49,611 nt of DNA, taken from the NCBI GenBank assembly GCA_009786825.1, contig WQRI01000004.1, positions 1 through 49,611 of the forward strand, given 5' to 3'. The notes beneath the pieces were generated by a model. It searched no databases. It worked only from the letters and a program-made list of their open reading frames with translations, and had not been told where the DNA came from. The stretch is from Bacillota bacterium. Its GTDB lineage: Bacteria > Bacillota > Clostridia > Christensenellales > WQRI01. Shown one piece after another: positions 8,440 through 18,400 of the stretch (its first letter is position 1; each line of letters begins with the position of its first letter). Position numbers and translations under genes: made by a program.

Positions 8440-9396
8440 ATGATTTTAAGTGTAAGTAGGCGGACAGATATCCCAGCACTGTATAGTGAATGGTTTTTCG
8501 AGCGGCTTAGGGCAGGGTATTTTTTAGTGCCTAGTCCTTTTATTTTAAACAAGAAAATCGCAAGGGTAAATGTTTCACCAGTTAGAATTGAGCGCAACTT
8601 GTTAGGAGCGATTGACACCAATGCTAAGGGCGAGCAAGCAATTAGCGACAACATAGATGGGATTATGTTTTGGTCTAAAAATCCTGAGCCTATGATTAAG
8701 CGGCTTAGCGAATTGGAGAGTTTAGGTTACAGCAAGTATTGTTTTCTTTTTACGCTCAATCCGTACGGCGCGGAGATTGAGCAAAATGTGCCGCCTCTAA
8801 AAGAGCGAATTGATACTTTTAAGGAATTATCAAGTGCCGTAGGGGCAGATAGAGTTTTTTGGCGGTACGACCCTATTTTGCTCACAAGCGAATACGATGC
8901 AAGTTGGCACATGAATCAGTTCGAGATGCTAGCAACTCAACTTAACGGCTATACTAAAAATTGCAAATTTAGTTTTATTTTAGGCAAGCACCCAAAACTG
9001 CTTGCGCCTACATGTAGCCAGAAAATGCAATTAGCAAAAGCTTTTGCAGATATATCTAAAGCAAATGGCATACTGCTTGAGACTTGTGCGGTGGAAGAGG
9101 AGTTTTCAGACTTAGGCATATCGCAAAGCAAGTGCATAGACCCAGAGTTTTGGGAAGAGTATCTAAACGCAAAACGCAAGTCTAACAAACTTGATGGGCA
9201 AAGAAAAAACTGCTTGTGTATGCCAAGCGTGGATATAGGCATATACAATACTTGCAAGTTAGGTTGCATATATTGTTACGCTAATGGCTTTTACGCAAAC
9301 AGAGGCAAGCCAACCTGCCAAACAAAAACCCCACGAGGCGCCCAACTAGAGAATATTTACGAGCGCAAAATTGAACGGTCGTTTAATTATAGTTAA
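8440..9396 (+). CDS. DUF1848 family protein (Fe-S/radical-SAM-like)
   Basis: N-terminal SVSRRTDIPA.Y.EWF, FWSKNP, WRYDPI, C-terminal C.C..SVDIG.YNTC..GC.YCYAN. Confidence 0.9.
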   Translation: MILSVSRRTDIPALYSEWFFERLRAGYFLVPSPFILNKKIARVNVSPVRIERNLLGAIDTNAKGEQAISDNIDGIMFWSKNPEPMIKRLSELESLGYSKYCFLFTLNPYGAEIEQNVPPLKERIDTFKELSSAVGADRVFWRYDPILLTSEYDASWHMNQFEMLATQLNGYTKNCKFSFILGKHPKLLAPTCSQKMQLAKAFADISKANGILLETCAVEEEFSDLGISQSKCIDPEFWEEYLNAKRKSNKLDGQRKNCLCMPSVDIGIYNTCKLGCIYCYANGFYANRGKPTCQTKTPRGAQLENIYERKIERSFNYS

Positions 9397-9399
9397 AAG

Positions 9400-9449
9400 A
9401 AAAAAAGAGGTTAGCAGAATTCCAAAAATTCACGCTAGCCTCTTTTTTT
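9400..9449. terminator. Terminator hairpin; repeat family copy 2
   Basis: AAAAAAAGAGGTTAGC...GCTAGCCTCTTTTTTT. Confidence 0.7.
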
Positions 9450-9548
9450 GATGGGTTTTTCCAACATAACAAATAGTAAAAAAATGGGTTAAAATAATTT
9501 CTATAAAATACAATTGACTTTTTTATTTTGATTTGGTAAACTATAAAT

Positions 9549-10871
9549 ATGGAAAATAGCGTAATTGAATATAAATTAAAAGTAACTGAAGATATAGAAA
9601 AAACCATCGTTGCATTTTTGAACACGACAGGTGGCAAACTACTTATTGGCGTTGATAAAAATGGAGAAGTAGTAGGTCTTGAGAATGCAGACAAAGACAG
9701 TCTAGCCATTGCAGATAAAATAAGGCAAAATATAATACCTAGTGCAATCGGCTTATTTGATATAAATATTGAAGAGATGTCAAATAAGCACTATATTGTT
9801 GTTAGGGTTGCGGGAGGCATGGAAAAACCATACTATATAAAAAAATATGGGATGTCGCCAAAGGGTTGTTTTGTGCGAATAGGTTCGCAAAGCGTGCCTA
9901 TGGAGCAATCTGCAATAGATAGTCTTTACGCTAAGCGTGCTAAGAACACCTTGAAAAATATAGTAGCACCTAGACAAAACCTAACTTTTTCTATGCTTAA
10001 AATATTTTACAAAGAAAAAGGCATAGATGTAGAGGGCGAACATTTTCTTACAAACTTAGATTTAATTACTCAAGACGGCAAATATAATTATGTTGCTTAC
10101 TTAATGGCAGATAGCAATTCAAGTTCATTCAAAGTAGTTAGATATGAAGGCTTAGATAAAGTGAAAATCTTAAGTAAAAAAGATTATGGAAACACTAGCA
10201 TTCTAGTTGCCACAAAAAACATTTTAGAAAATCTAAATATTTTGAATACTACCACAGTTGAAATCACATATCCTAAGCGCATAGAAACAAGTTTGGTAGA
10301 CCCTGTTGCTCTTCGAGAGGCTGCGCTAAATGCACTTATTCATCACGACTACAGCAAAGGCACAGAGCCAGTTTTTGAGTTTTACGATGATAGGGTTGCT
10401 ATAACATCTTATGGGGGATTACCTATAGGGCTTACGCAAGAGGAGTTTTTTGCTGGGCGTTCATTGCCTAGAAACAGAGAACTTATGCGAATTTTCAAAG
10501 ATATGGAGTATGCAGAAAGTTTAGGTAGCGGAATGAACAGGATAATGAGCATTTACGGCAAAGACAGTTTTGATATCTCAGAAAACTTTTTAAGTGCGGT
10601 ATTTAAGTACGATGATAAAGTCCTTTCTCGTTTGAAAGAAAAAGCAAAAGATAAAGCCATAGAGGCAAAATCCGAGATAAACAAACTGCAAAGTGATATA
10701 TTGCAACTCATAAAAACAAACAATAATCTTTCTGCTAAGCAAATAGCAGAGACTATAGGGAATGCAACTGAAAGGACAATACAAAGAAATCTAGACACAT
10801 TGAAAGAAATAGGCTATATAGAACGTGTTGGCTCTAGAAAAACTGGTTCTTGGAAAATTGTTAGGCAATAA
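9549..10871 (+). CDS. AlbA_2 (Schlafen-like) + HATPase_c_4 + wHTH protein
   Basis: IEYK...IVAFLNTTGGKLLIGVDKNG; REAALNALIHHDY; RNRELMRIF...ESLGSG; C-terminal RNLDTLKEIGYIERVGSRKTGSW. Confidence 0.88.
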   Translation: MENSVIEYKLKVTEDIEKTIVAFLNTTGGKLLIGVDKNGEVVGLENADKDSLAIADKIRQNIIPSAIGLFDINIEEMSNKHYIVVRVAGGMEKPYYIKKYGMSPKGCFVRIGSQSVPMEQSAIDSLYAKRAKNTLKNIVAPRQNLTFSMLKIFYKEKGIDVEGEHFLTNLDLITQDGKYNYVAYLMADSNSSSFKVVRYEGLDKVKILSKKDYGNTSILVATKNILENLNILNTTTVEITYPKRIETSLVDPVALREAALNALIHHDYSKGTEPVFEFYDDRVAITSYGGLPIGLTQEEFFAGRSLPRNRELMRIFKDMEYAESLGSGMNRIMSIYGKDSFDISENFLSAVFKYDDKVLSRLKEKAKDKAIEAKSEINKLQSDILQLIKTNNNLSAKQIAETIGNATERTIQRNLDTLKEIGYIERVGSRKTGSWKIVRQ

Positions 10872-10926
10872 ATGTCGTAATAAATGTCGTAATAAATGTC
10901 GTAATAAATGTCGTAGTAAGTATCGT
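10867..10926 (+). repeat. 12-bp tandem repeat AATAAATGTCGT x4 plus one degenerate copy
   Basis: Read directly from the sequence. Confidence 0.95.
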
Positions 10927-11138
10927 AAAAATGGAACAAGACAATTAAAAAATAGCAATAGAATATTCAAACAATTAAAGGCACTTGAACAAATCAAAAT
11001 TGAAATGTCTCAAGTGCCCTTATTAATTGCGAACAACTAAAGCAATTAGGCATAACTTAGATAAACTTAAGCGAGAAGGGTTATTAATCAGGCACGGCGG
11101 TTGCTAGGGGCGGACATTGGGAAGTGGTAGAAAAGTAA
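10927..11138 (+). pseudogene. Decayed second wHTH C-terminus of an AlbA_2-family paralog
   Basis: AIRHNLDKLKREGLLIRHGG / frameshift / RGGHWEVVEK* mirrors the C-terminus of the upstream gene. Confidence 0.65.
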
Positions 11139-11208
11139 ATGCTAATTACATTATTTGGAATAAACATACACCGCTTGCTTTAAACCAAAGTCTTATGAGT
11201 GCTATTTG

Positions 11209-11357
11209 GTTTTGTTTGTTTCCCCATCGCCTTACCCTTTAAAAAGCACGCCAACAAAAAATTGTCAAGGGCGGTTTACTAAACCGTGCATTTACCCTTG
11301 ACAATTTTTTGTTGTGTGTGCTACTATACAAAAAGGCGGTGGGGAAACAAACAAAAC
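11209..11357 (+). promoter_or_regulatory. Long hairpin containing -35/-10 boxes: Frpo/sso-like single-strand promoter
   Basis: Arms 11210-11233/11333-11356 (one G-T pair) and perfect 20-bp arms 11252-11271/11295-11314; TTGACA 11298-11303 is paired, TACTAT 11322-11327 lies in a bubble. Confidence 0.7.
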
Positions 11358-11594
11358 GAAAGCGCAAGCCCACCCTACACGCCACCACCCAAAAAATGTT
11401 TCCCTTAAGCCTGAAAAAGAAAAATAAACAGGATTTTGCGTGAAAAAAAATCTGCTTTCAAAATAAGACTTTTTCCGCTAAATATGATATAATAAAAGTA
11501 AGCCGTACATATACAAGGTGTTTTAGACTGTAGGGGAAGGCACTTTTGCTGTTGATGGCGGAAGAGAGATGAATAAAATGGAGATGTGTAAAAA

Positions 11595-12956
11595 GTGAGA
11601 AAAGAAGTTTTGAGTGGGGATGAACTAAAAATTGTTGAAGCTTTTAGCGAGATTTTCCCTAATGGAAGTTTTTTAGATAGTGCAGATATAGATAGGCTAA
11701 GAGAAAATCTAAAAGAGATTCTGTCCTACACAGTTTCCAGTGACTTTCTCAAGAGCTTATTATCCAAAGTTTGTTTCAAAATTTATGATAGGTATTTTAG
11801 TATATATTCAGCAGTAAGCGATGAATTCTATCAAGTAATTGAAAGCATATTGGAGGAGCATTTTCAAAATGGATATAGCAGAATATACATATGCCAACTA
11901 TTTAATAAAATAAGAAACGAATCCGACTTATCAGAAGGCGTAAACCCAAACTTAAATGCAAACGCTTTTGGTGAAGTAATTGAGTTTTTGTCAGATGGTA
12001 AATATATAATGAATGGCAAGAGTGGTTTCTTAAGGCAATCTCGAAGCACGGAAAGCATCTTAGGAGTAGATGATGAAATTATAAATGCTGTTTTAGAGTT
12101 GCTTAAAGAGGGACAGTGGTTGACAGTAGAAGAAATACATAGTAAACTGTATTTTTATCCACCTGCAAGAATAAATGAAATTTTTGATAAGTCTGCTAAG
12201 GTTAGAGCAAAGTCAAAAGAGTGGCAAGAGATAATAGAAAAAACCAACTCAATTAGACCTGAATACATTCATGTTGAAACGGTTTATCTTACAGAAAGTG
12301 ATAAGACAAAAACTAGCAACACAATAGATGCGATGAGAGGATGCGATTTTTTCAAGGAAGAAAAAGATGAGTTGCTAGCAGTAGCAGGAAAGCTTTTAGA
12401 AAAGGCAAAAGAAGCAATAAGCAGTCAAGACGCTATCAAGGCAGATAAAGCATCAAACACGGCATCTACGATTATTGACTTAGCACAAACACTTATGCCA
12501 AAAGATGAAATATTGGCGAGCGAGTTGCTTGCTAGACTAATGCAGAGCGAGCCACAAGTTGTGAAAGGTATAATAGATGACTTTGGAGTAGAGGGTGTTG
12601 AAAAAGCACTTGCTTACAATTTTGATAGAGTATTACTAAATACTAACTCGCAGAAAGCGAGCACTTACAAGTCCAGAAAAAGCAAGGCTAGTAAAGAAGG
12701 CTGGGCTTCCAACTTTGTGAAATGGCTACAGAGTGTTGAAGGCAAATCCGAGAATACGGTAAACTCATATGCTAGTGCCGTGCTTAAAGTATTAAAAAAC
12801 GAAAGCCTGACCTATGAAGGGCTTGATGAGCGTTTGCTTGCGCGGATTATTGCTGATTACGACAGAGGCGGAGTAAACCAACATATAGGCGATGAAGGCA
12901 ACAGAACAGTAATTAATGGCTTAAAAGCCTTGCAAAGGTTTAGAGCTAGCATATAA
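11595..12956 (+). CDS. Hypothetical protein upstream of BREX; C-terminus resembles an integrase SAM-like helical domain
   Basis: 453-aa ORF; FVKWLQSVEGKSENTVNSYASAV motif near the C-terminus. Confidence 0.6.
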   Translation: MRKEVLSGDELKIVEAFSEIFPNGSFLDSADIDRLRENLKEILSYTVSSDFLKSLLSKVCFKIYDRYFSIYSAVSDEFYQVIESILEEHFQNGYSRIYICQLFNKIRNESDLSEGVNPNLNANAFGEVIEFLSDGKYIMNGKSGFLRQSRSTESILGVDDEIINAVLELLKEGQWLTVEEIHSKLYFYPPARINEIFDKSAKVRAKSKEWQEIIEKTNSIRPEYIHVETVYLTESDKTKTSNTIDAMRGCDFFKEEKDELLAVAGKLLEKAKEAISSQDAIKADKASNTASTIIDLAQTLMPKDEILASELLARLMQSEPQVVKGIIDDFGVEGVEKALAYNFDRVLLNTNSQKASTYKSRKSKASKEGWASNFVKWLQSVEGKSENTVNSYASAVLKVLKNESLTYEGLDERLLARIIADYDRGGVNQHIGDEGNRTVINGLKALQRFRASI

Positions 12957-13032
12957 GTTTTATTATAAAGTGGAATAAAACTATAAGATGTGGCATTATA
13001 TGTGCTAAAAACATACACAAGGAGTTACATAA

Positions 13033-15414
13033 ATGTACTCATACGAATGGGATAAAGAAACAGGTGGGTTTGTTTTAAATACCAAACCGCAAGGCTTCTC
13101 TAAAGAGCCACGACCCGTGTGGTATCATGAATTAGACCTATTAGGCTTTGACAAATATTGGGTGTATCCAAAATGCAAAGAGACACCCATTATGTGGGCG
13201 GAGGCAACAAGCTACATATATAGAGGCAGAAAAATTGCTAAGATATCTGGCGGAAGCACTTACACAGCACCGAAGTTGGAGATAATAGAGCACTACCCAG
13301 AAGGCAAAAAAAGCGATGCCGAGTTTAAAGGTACAAAAGAAGATGCTTTTAAGTTTGATGTTAACGAAACAAACTCGCTTCAGTTAATAGATATTGAGCG
13401 ATTTGTAGGAAAAAACGCAAACTTAATGGATGCTTTAGCCAACAAAACAATAAAAGACCTTTACAATACTTACAAAAAGTTTCAACCGCAAATTGATGTA
13501 TTTCAAGTGGCTTTCTCGGGCGGTAAAGATAGCATTGTGCTTTTAGATTTGGTTAAAAGAGCAATACCCGAAAAAGACTTTATTGTTGTGTTCGCCGATA
13601 CGCAAATGGAATTTCCCGATACATACGACCTAGTTGACAAAGTGGAGGCACAACTAAAAACAGAAGGGATAACCTTTTTAAGAGCAAAAAGCCATTTAGA
13701 TATAATGTATACTTGGCAAGAGTTTGGACCACCGTCAAGCACTTTGAGGTGGTGTTGCACAGTGCATAAAACTGCACCACAATTGGCAAGAATAAGAGAG
13801 CACGAAGGAAAAAGCGATTTAATAAAGATGTCATTCATTGGCGTTAGGGCTGATGAAAGCTTAGCAAGAAGCGAGTATGACGCATTAGCGGAAGGCAGAA
13901 AAATCAGAAAACAATTTGCATATAGACCAATTTTAGAGTGGAGTAGTGCGGAGGTTTGGATGTATAAGATTAAAAGAAACCTAGAAATCAATGAGGCTTA
14001 TAAGAAGGGAAGCAGTCGTGCTGGGTGTATAGTATGCCCGATGTCAAAAGGACACAGCGAGTTTATTAGAAAAGCACTTTATCCTAATCAAAGTCAATCA
14101 TTCTACGAGTCAATTTACAACTCATACGGGATAACAAAGGACAGTGAGCAAGAACGATATGCGGAAAAAGGTATATGGAGATACCGTGCAAGCGGAAAAT
14201 CTCTTGCTAACTGCCATAGTCTTTTTTCAAACAGCACAGGCGAGGCGCAAATAGTTTTACACCTAGGAGTACCTAAGGTCAGTTGGAAGGAGTGGATGAA
14301 AACTTTGGGTGGTTTAACACAGATAAGCGAGCACACCTTTGAATTAAAAATAGAAGGAAAAAAAATTGATTTTAAGGTGAAAGAAAAGCAAGACGGACTA
14401 GAGATTATTTATAGCTCGAAAATAGCAAAAGAAGCATCAAGCATAAATAAGTTGTTCAAACAAGTGTTTATCAAATCAACGCACTGTATAATGTGTAAAG
14501 CTTGCGAAGCAAACTGCCCTACAGGGAATATAGATTCTACTGGCGGAAATTTAAAGATAGAGGGATGCACACAGTGTTTAATGTGCCACACAGTTGCTGA
14601 TGGGTGTTTAGTTTATCAGTCTAGGAAAGTTCCAAAAGGAGATGGAAGAATGTCTAAAAGTATAAGTGCTTATTCAACGCACGCGCCAAAAAAAGATTGG
14701 GTATTTGATTTTTTAAGATTACAAGAAAAATATTTCCAACAAGCAGGACTCTCTTCGAGAAAGCAAGATGAGTTTAAGAAGTTTTTAAGGCACGCAGGCT
14801 TATTGGAAAAAGACAGCATTAGTGGTTTTTCACAATCGCTTTCAATGGCTAATGGAGAGTCTACTGTCTTAGGTTTGATATTATCCAATCTTGCTTATAG
14901 TACCCAAATAGGCTGGTGGATTAAGAATGTAAGAGGGTTTAATAGCAGAGATGATTTAAGAGGTTTGTTATTAGGCTTTGACCAAACTGAGGGAAGTATA
15001 AAAAATGCGTTGCAAGAGTTCCCGTTGCTGTTAGATATCTTCGAACCTGTTGGCTTAGGACGTGTAGAGCGTAAAGTAAGCAAAAGCGGTAAAGAGGGGC
15101 AAGTAGAAGGTTTTACTAGACTTAGCTGGGAAAATCCTGAGCCTGCTGTGATATTGTATTCGCTCTACAAAATGGCAGAGAAAAACGGTGGACTGTATGA
15201 GTATAGACTAGAAAGGTTAATGGACTTTGATATAGATGGTGAGGGTATTTCGCCCGCGCAAATTTTTGGTTTAAGTGCAGAAGCGCTCTCGCAGGTACTA
15301 GTAGAGATAAGTGTAAGGTATCCAGAGTTTGCCGAGTATAGCCAAACGCACGGACTTAAAATACTAAAGCTAAAAAAAGAAAAGACAAGTAAAGAAATTT
15401 TGGAGTTGCTTTGA
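13033..15414 (+). CDS. brxP: BREX type 4 BrxP: PAPS-reductase family + 4Fe-4S + DUF4007-like domain
   Basis: VAFSGGKDS, RWCCTVHK, GVRADES, RAGCIVCP, CIMCKACEANCP ferredoxin motif; first gene of a brxC-pglZ-brxL operon. Confidence 0.85.
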   Translation: MYSYEWDKETGGFVLNTKPQGFSKEPRPVWYHELDLLGFDKYWVYPKCKETPIMWAEATSYIYRGRKIAKISGGSTYTAPKLEIIEHYPEGKKSDAEFKGTKEDAFKFDVNETNSLQLIDIERFVGKNANLMDALANKTIKDLYNTYKKFQPQIDVFQVAFSGGKDSIVLLDLVKRAIPEKDFIVVFADTQMEFPDTYDLVDKVEAQLKTEGITFLRAKSHLDIMYTWQEFGPPSSTLRWCCTVHKTAPQLARIREHEGKSDLIKMSFIGVRADESLARSEYDALAEGRKIRKQFAYRPILEWSSAEVWMYKIKRNLEINEAYKKGSSRAGCIVCPMSKGHSEFIRKALYPNQSQSFYESIYNSYGITKDSEQERYAEKGIWRYRASGKSLANCHSLFSNSTGEAQIVLHLGVPKVSWKEWMKTLGGLTQISEHTFELKIEGKKIDFKVKEKQDGLEIIYSSKIAKEASSINKLFKQVFIKSTHCIMCKACEANCPTGNIDSTGGNLKIEGCTQCLMCHTVADGCLVYQSRKVPKGDGRMSKSISAYSTHAPKKDWVFDFLRLQEKYFQQAGLSSRKQDEFKKFLRHAGLLEKDSISGFSQSLSMANGESTVLGLILSNLAYSTQIGWWIKNVRGFNSRDDLRGLLLGFDQTEGSIKNALQEFPLLLDIFEPVGLGRVERKVSKSGKEGQVEGFTRLSWENPEPAVILYSLYKMAEKNGGLYEYRLERLMDFDIDGEGISPAQIFGLSAEALSQVLVEISVRYPEFAEYSQTHGLKILKLKKEKTSKEILELL

Positions 15415-15437
15415 TTTGAAACAAGGCACAAAAAGTA

Positions 15438-18400
15438 TTGTACATAAGGAAACACATTATGTCAAATTATAAAGAGTATTTTAATATCGAAGACAAGCAA
15501 GCTGTTATGGACAAGGCTCAGTTTGAGAAAAATCCACAACTCGTGACAAACTTTTACCCTCATAAAGATTTTGTGAAATTGCTTGAAGATACACAAAAGG
15601 TTTTGTCTAGACAAGAAAAGAAGTCGATATGGATAGAGGGTGTTTATGGCACGGGGAAAACTCACGCTGTGTTGACGCTTCAAAACTTGCTTGATTGCAA
15701 TGAGGCTGAGCTAGTTAGCTATTTTGATAGCTTTCAGCAAAATTTGAGTAAAGAGCTAAAAGACAAATATGTTAGACTAAAACAAACTATCAAAATTTTG
15801 ACTGCTTTTAAGTCGGGTGATAGCGGGCTACACACTCAGGACGATTTGATTCCAGCTTTACAGATGACAATATCCAAGAGGCTTAAGGAAAAGGGGCTGA
15901 TAGAAGCGGAAGGTGCACTAAAAGAAGCGGGGGTAAGATGGTTAAAAGATGCAACAAACGCTAAAATATTTCAAACACTTATAGATGAAGATGTTGATAA
16001 AACCTTTACTAATCCAAATACAGTAGAAGGCATTTTGAAAGTGCTTGAAAGCGAAGATGAAGATGCTATTTTAGGTATGGTGCAAAAGTGTTCCATATTA
16101 GCAAAAAACAGAAATATTGATTTGTTTACTCCAAACTTAGAAGAATTTAAGGCGTGGGTAAATAAAGTTATTGAGGTTAACAAATTAACCGCACTTGTCT
16201 TTTTTTGGGATGAACTAACTAAGTTTTTTGAAAACTCAACAAGCTTAGTTGTTTTTCAAGAAATTGCACAAATGTCTATGTTAGACTCTCCTTTCATTTT
16301 AATACCTGTCACGCACAGTATTGACGAGAAAGTTCTAGGTGATTCTAAAAGTGCAGAAAGTAAGAAAATAAGAGATAGATTTATTGTTAGAAGCTTAGCA
16401 CTCTCAAGCAATATAGCTATTGAGCTTATGGCTAATGCTTTACGGAAAAACGAAGCAAGAAAGTCAGAGTGGGAAGGGGTTGAAAACACGCTTAATGATA
16501 GGGTTGACAAGGTAAGAAAGATTGTGGCTAACTCAATCAAAGCAAAAGAAGAACATATTAGAGGCGTGTTGCCTATTCATCCATACTCAACATTAGTGTT
16601 AAAGCATTTAGCAAAAGAGGTAGCCTCAAATCAAAGAAGCATATTTACTTTTATAGCAGACAACGAAGATAAGAGAAGTTTCAAGTATTTTCTAGCAAAC
16701 AACAAGCCACACATGCTGCTAACAGTACCTCATCTATGGCATTTCTTTTATGAGGGAGTTTCTTTAAACAACACAACAACTAGAAGCGTAATGCAAGCAT
16801 TTAACAATGCTAAAATATCAAAACTAAACGATAAAGAGCAAATGGTTTTGAAAGCGATTTTGCTTTTAATTGCCACAAGTAAAAGCTTAATGGATAGCGA
16901 TGAGTTGCTTTTGCCAACAGAAGACAACTTGCGACTTGTTTTTGAAGGTTGTGAAGTTATAACAGTAAACAACGCAGTAAATATAGCCAATAGCTTGTTG
17001 AAAGACAACTACATTTTAACTAAAACACAAAGCGGAAAAACAAAATACGATGTATCTTCAGACCATATAGATACAAGCAGACTAAAAGAAGAAAAAGAAA
17101 AAATTTCTTTATCAACTAAAGAGCTAGCAGAAGATGCGGAGCTAGGAAATATTCTTGCTTACAAAAAGCCTTTAGAGTTGAGGTTTGACACTAAGATGTC
17201 AAGCGTTAATGATTTTTCTAGAGAAGTTGGTGCGTTGAACAACTCTAGCCCAGCAAGCAATAAAATTTATGTTAGGTTTTGTATTGCTTCTAGCCAAATC
17301 GAAGCAAATAAAGTAAGAGAAAAAATAGCAGAAGCTAGCAAAAATATAAAAGGCAGTAACCTTGACTTTGTCTTGGTTGACGCATCTCGAGCATTTTTAA
17401 GCGACCAAGATAGAGAAGAATATAAAACATATAAAGCACGAGAAAATATACTTCGAGATAGTAATAGGGCGGATAGTCAAAACTACGCAAGGCAAGCGAA
17501 TCAGGTATTGAACAGGTGGAAAGATAGTTTTAAAAAAGAAAAGTTCGTTTTGCATATTTTAAGTGAAGGTAGACAAATCGAAGCAACAGGTTTGGCAGAA
17601 GTTTTAGAACAACTTTACAAACTTAATGCAAGACTTTATCCGTATGCGCCAGAAAACATCGGAAGTTTTGTTGATACGCTATTTCCAATTAACAACAGGA
17701 GGCAGGCGGCAGATTTAGGTATTTTGGAGGACAGAGCAAAGCCAACAGGAGCGTTTTCGGGCGGCAAAACACAAATTGCATCAACCTTAGATGGTGCTTG
17801 GATGGTGTCTGATTATTGGGTATATAGACCCGAACTACCTATTTCAAAAATCAAAAAGGAAGTTGACCTGTTTATTGAAAATTCGCAGTCTAACACAAGG
17901 GAAGTGTCTTTGAATGCATTAATGGAGCATCTTTCGCAAAAACCTTATGGCTTTTTAGGGCATTCAATTTCGGCTTTCTTTTTAGGGTTTTTGCTAAAAG
18001 AATATGCAAGAGAGGAAGGTTATACATACAGGTTTGGCGATGTAGATGAACCGTTAACTGAGAGCAACTTACAAACTGCTATTGTGACAGCAATAGAAAA
18101 CATAAGCCAAGCAGAATTAAAAAAGAAGCCCATTTACATAGGCAAGCAAAGCGAGCAAGCAAATGCATTTGCAGAAAAATCTCAAATAATTTTTAACCTA
18201 AGAGATTTAAGTTTGTCTGTTGCAAAAGTTAGAGAAAATCTAAGGCAAAAAATGCAAGACTTTGTGTTTCCGCTATGGGCATTAAAAGAGTCGGGCAGCT
18301 TTCCGAAACAAGTAGAAAACATTCTAGACATGTATATAGGAATTTTAAACACTCGTAATTTTGAAAGTGGCACAGACACAGAGTATAATATAGCAAGCAA

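Noticed and set aside
10825-11040. 71-aa ORF with KCRN repeats (and its antisense LLRH ORF)
   Set aside because: Artefact of the 12-bp tandem repeat; the meaningful relic is in other frames
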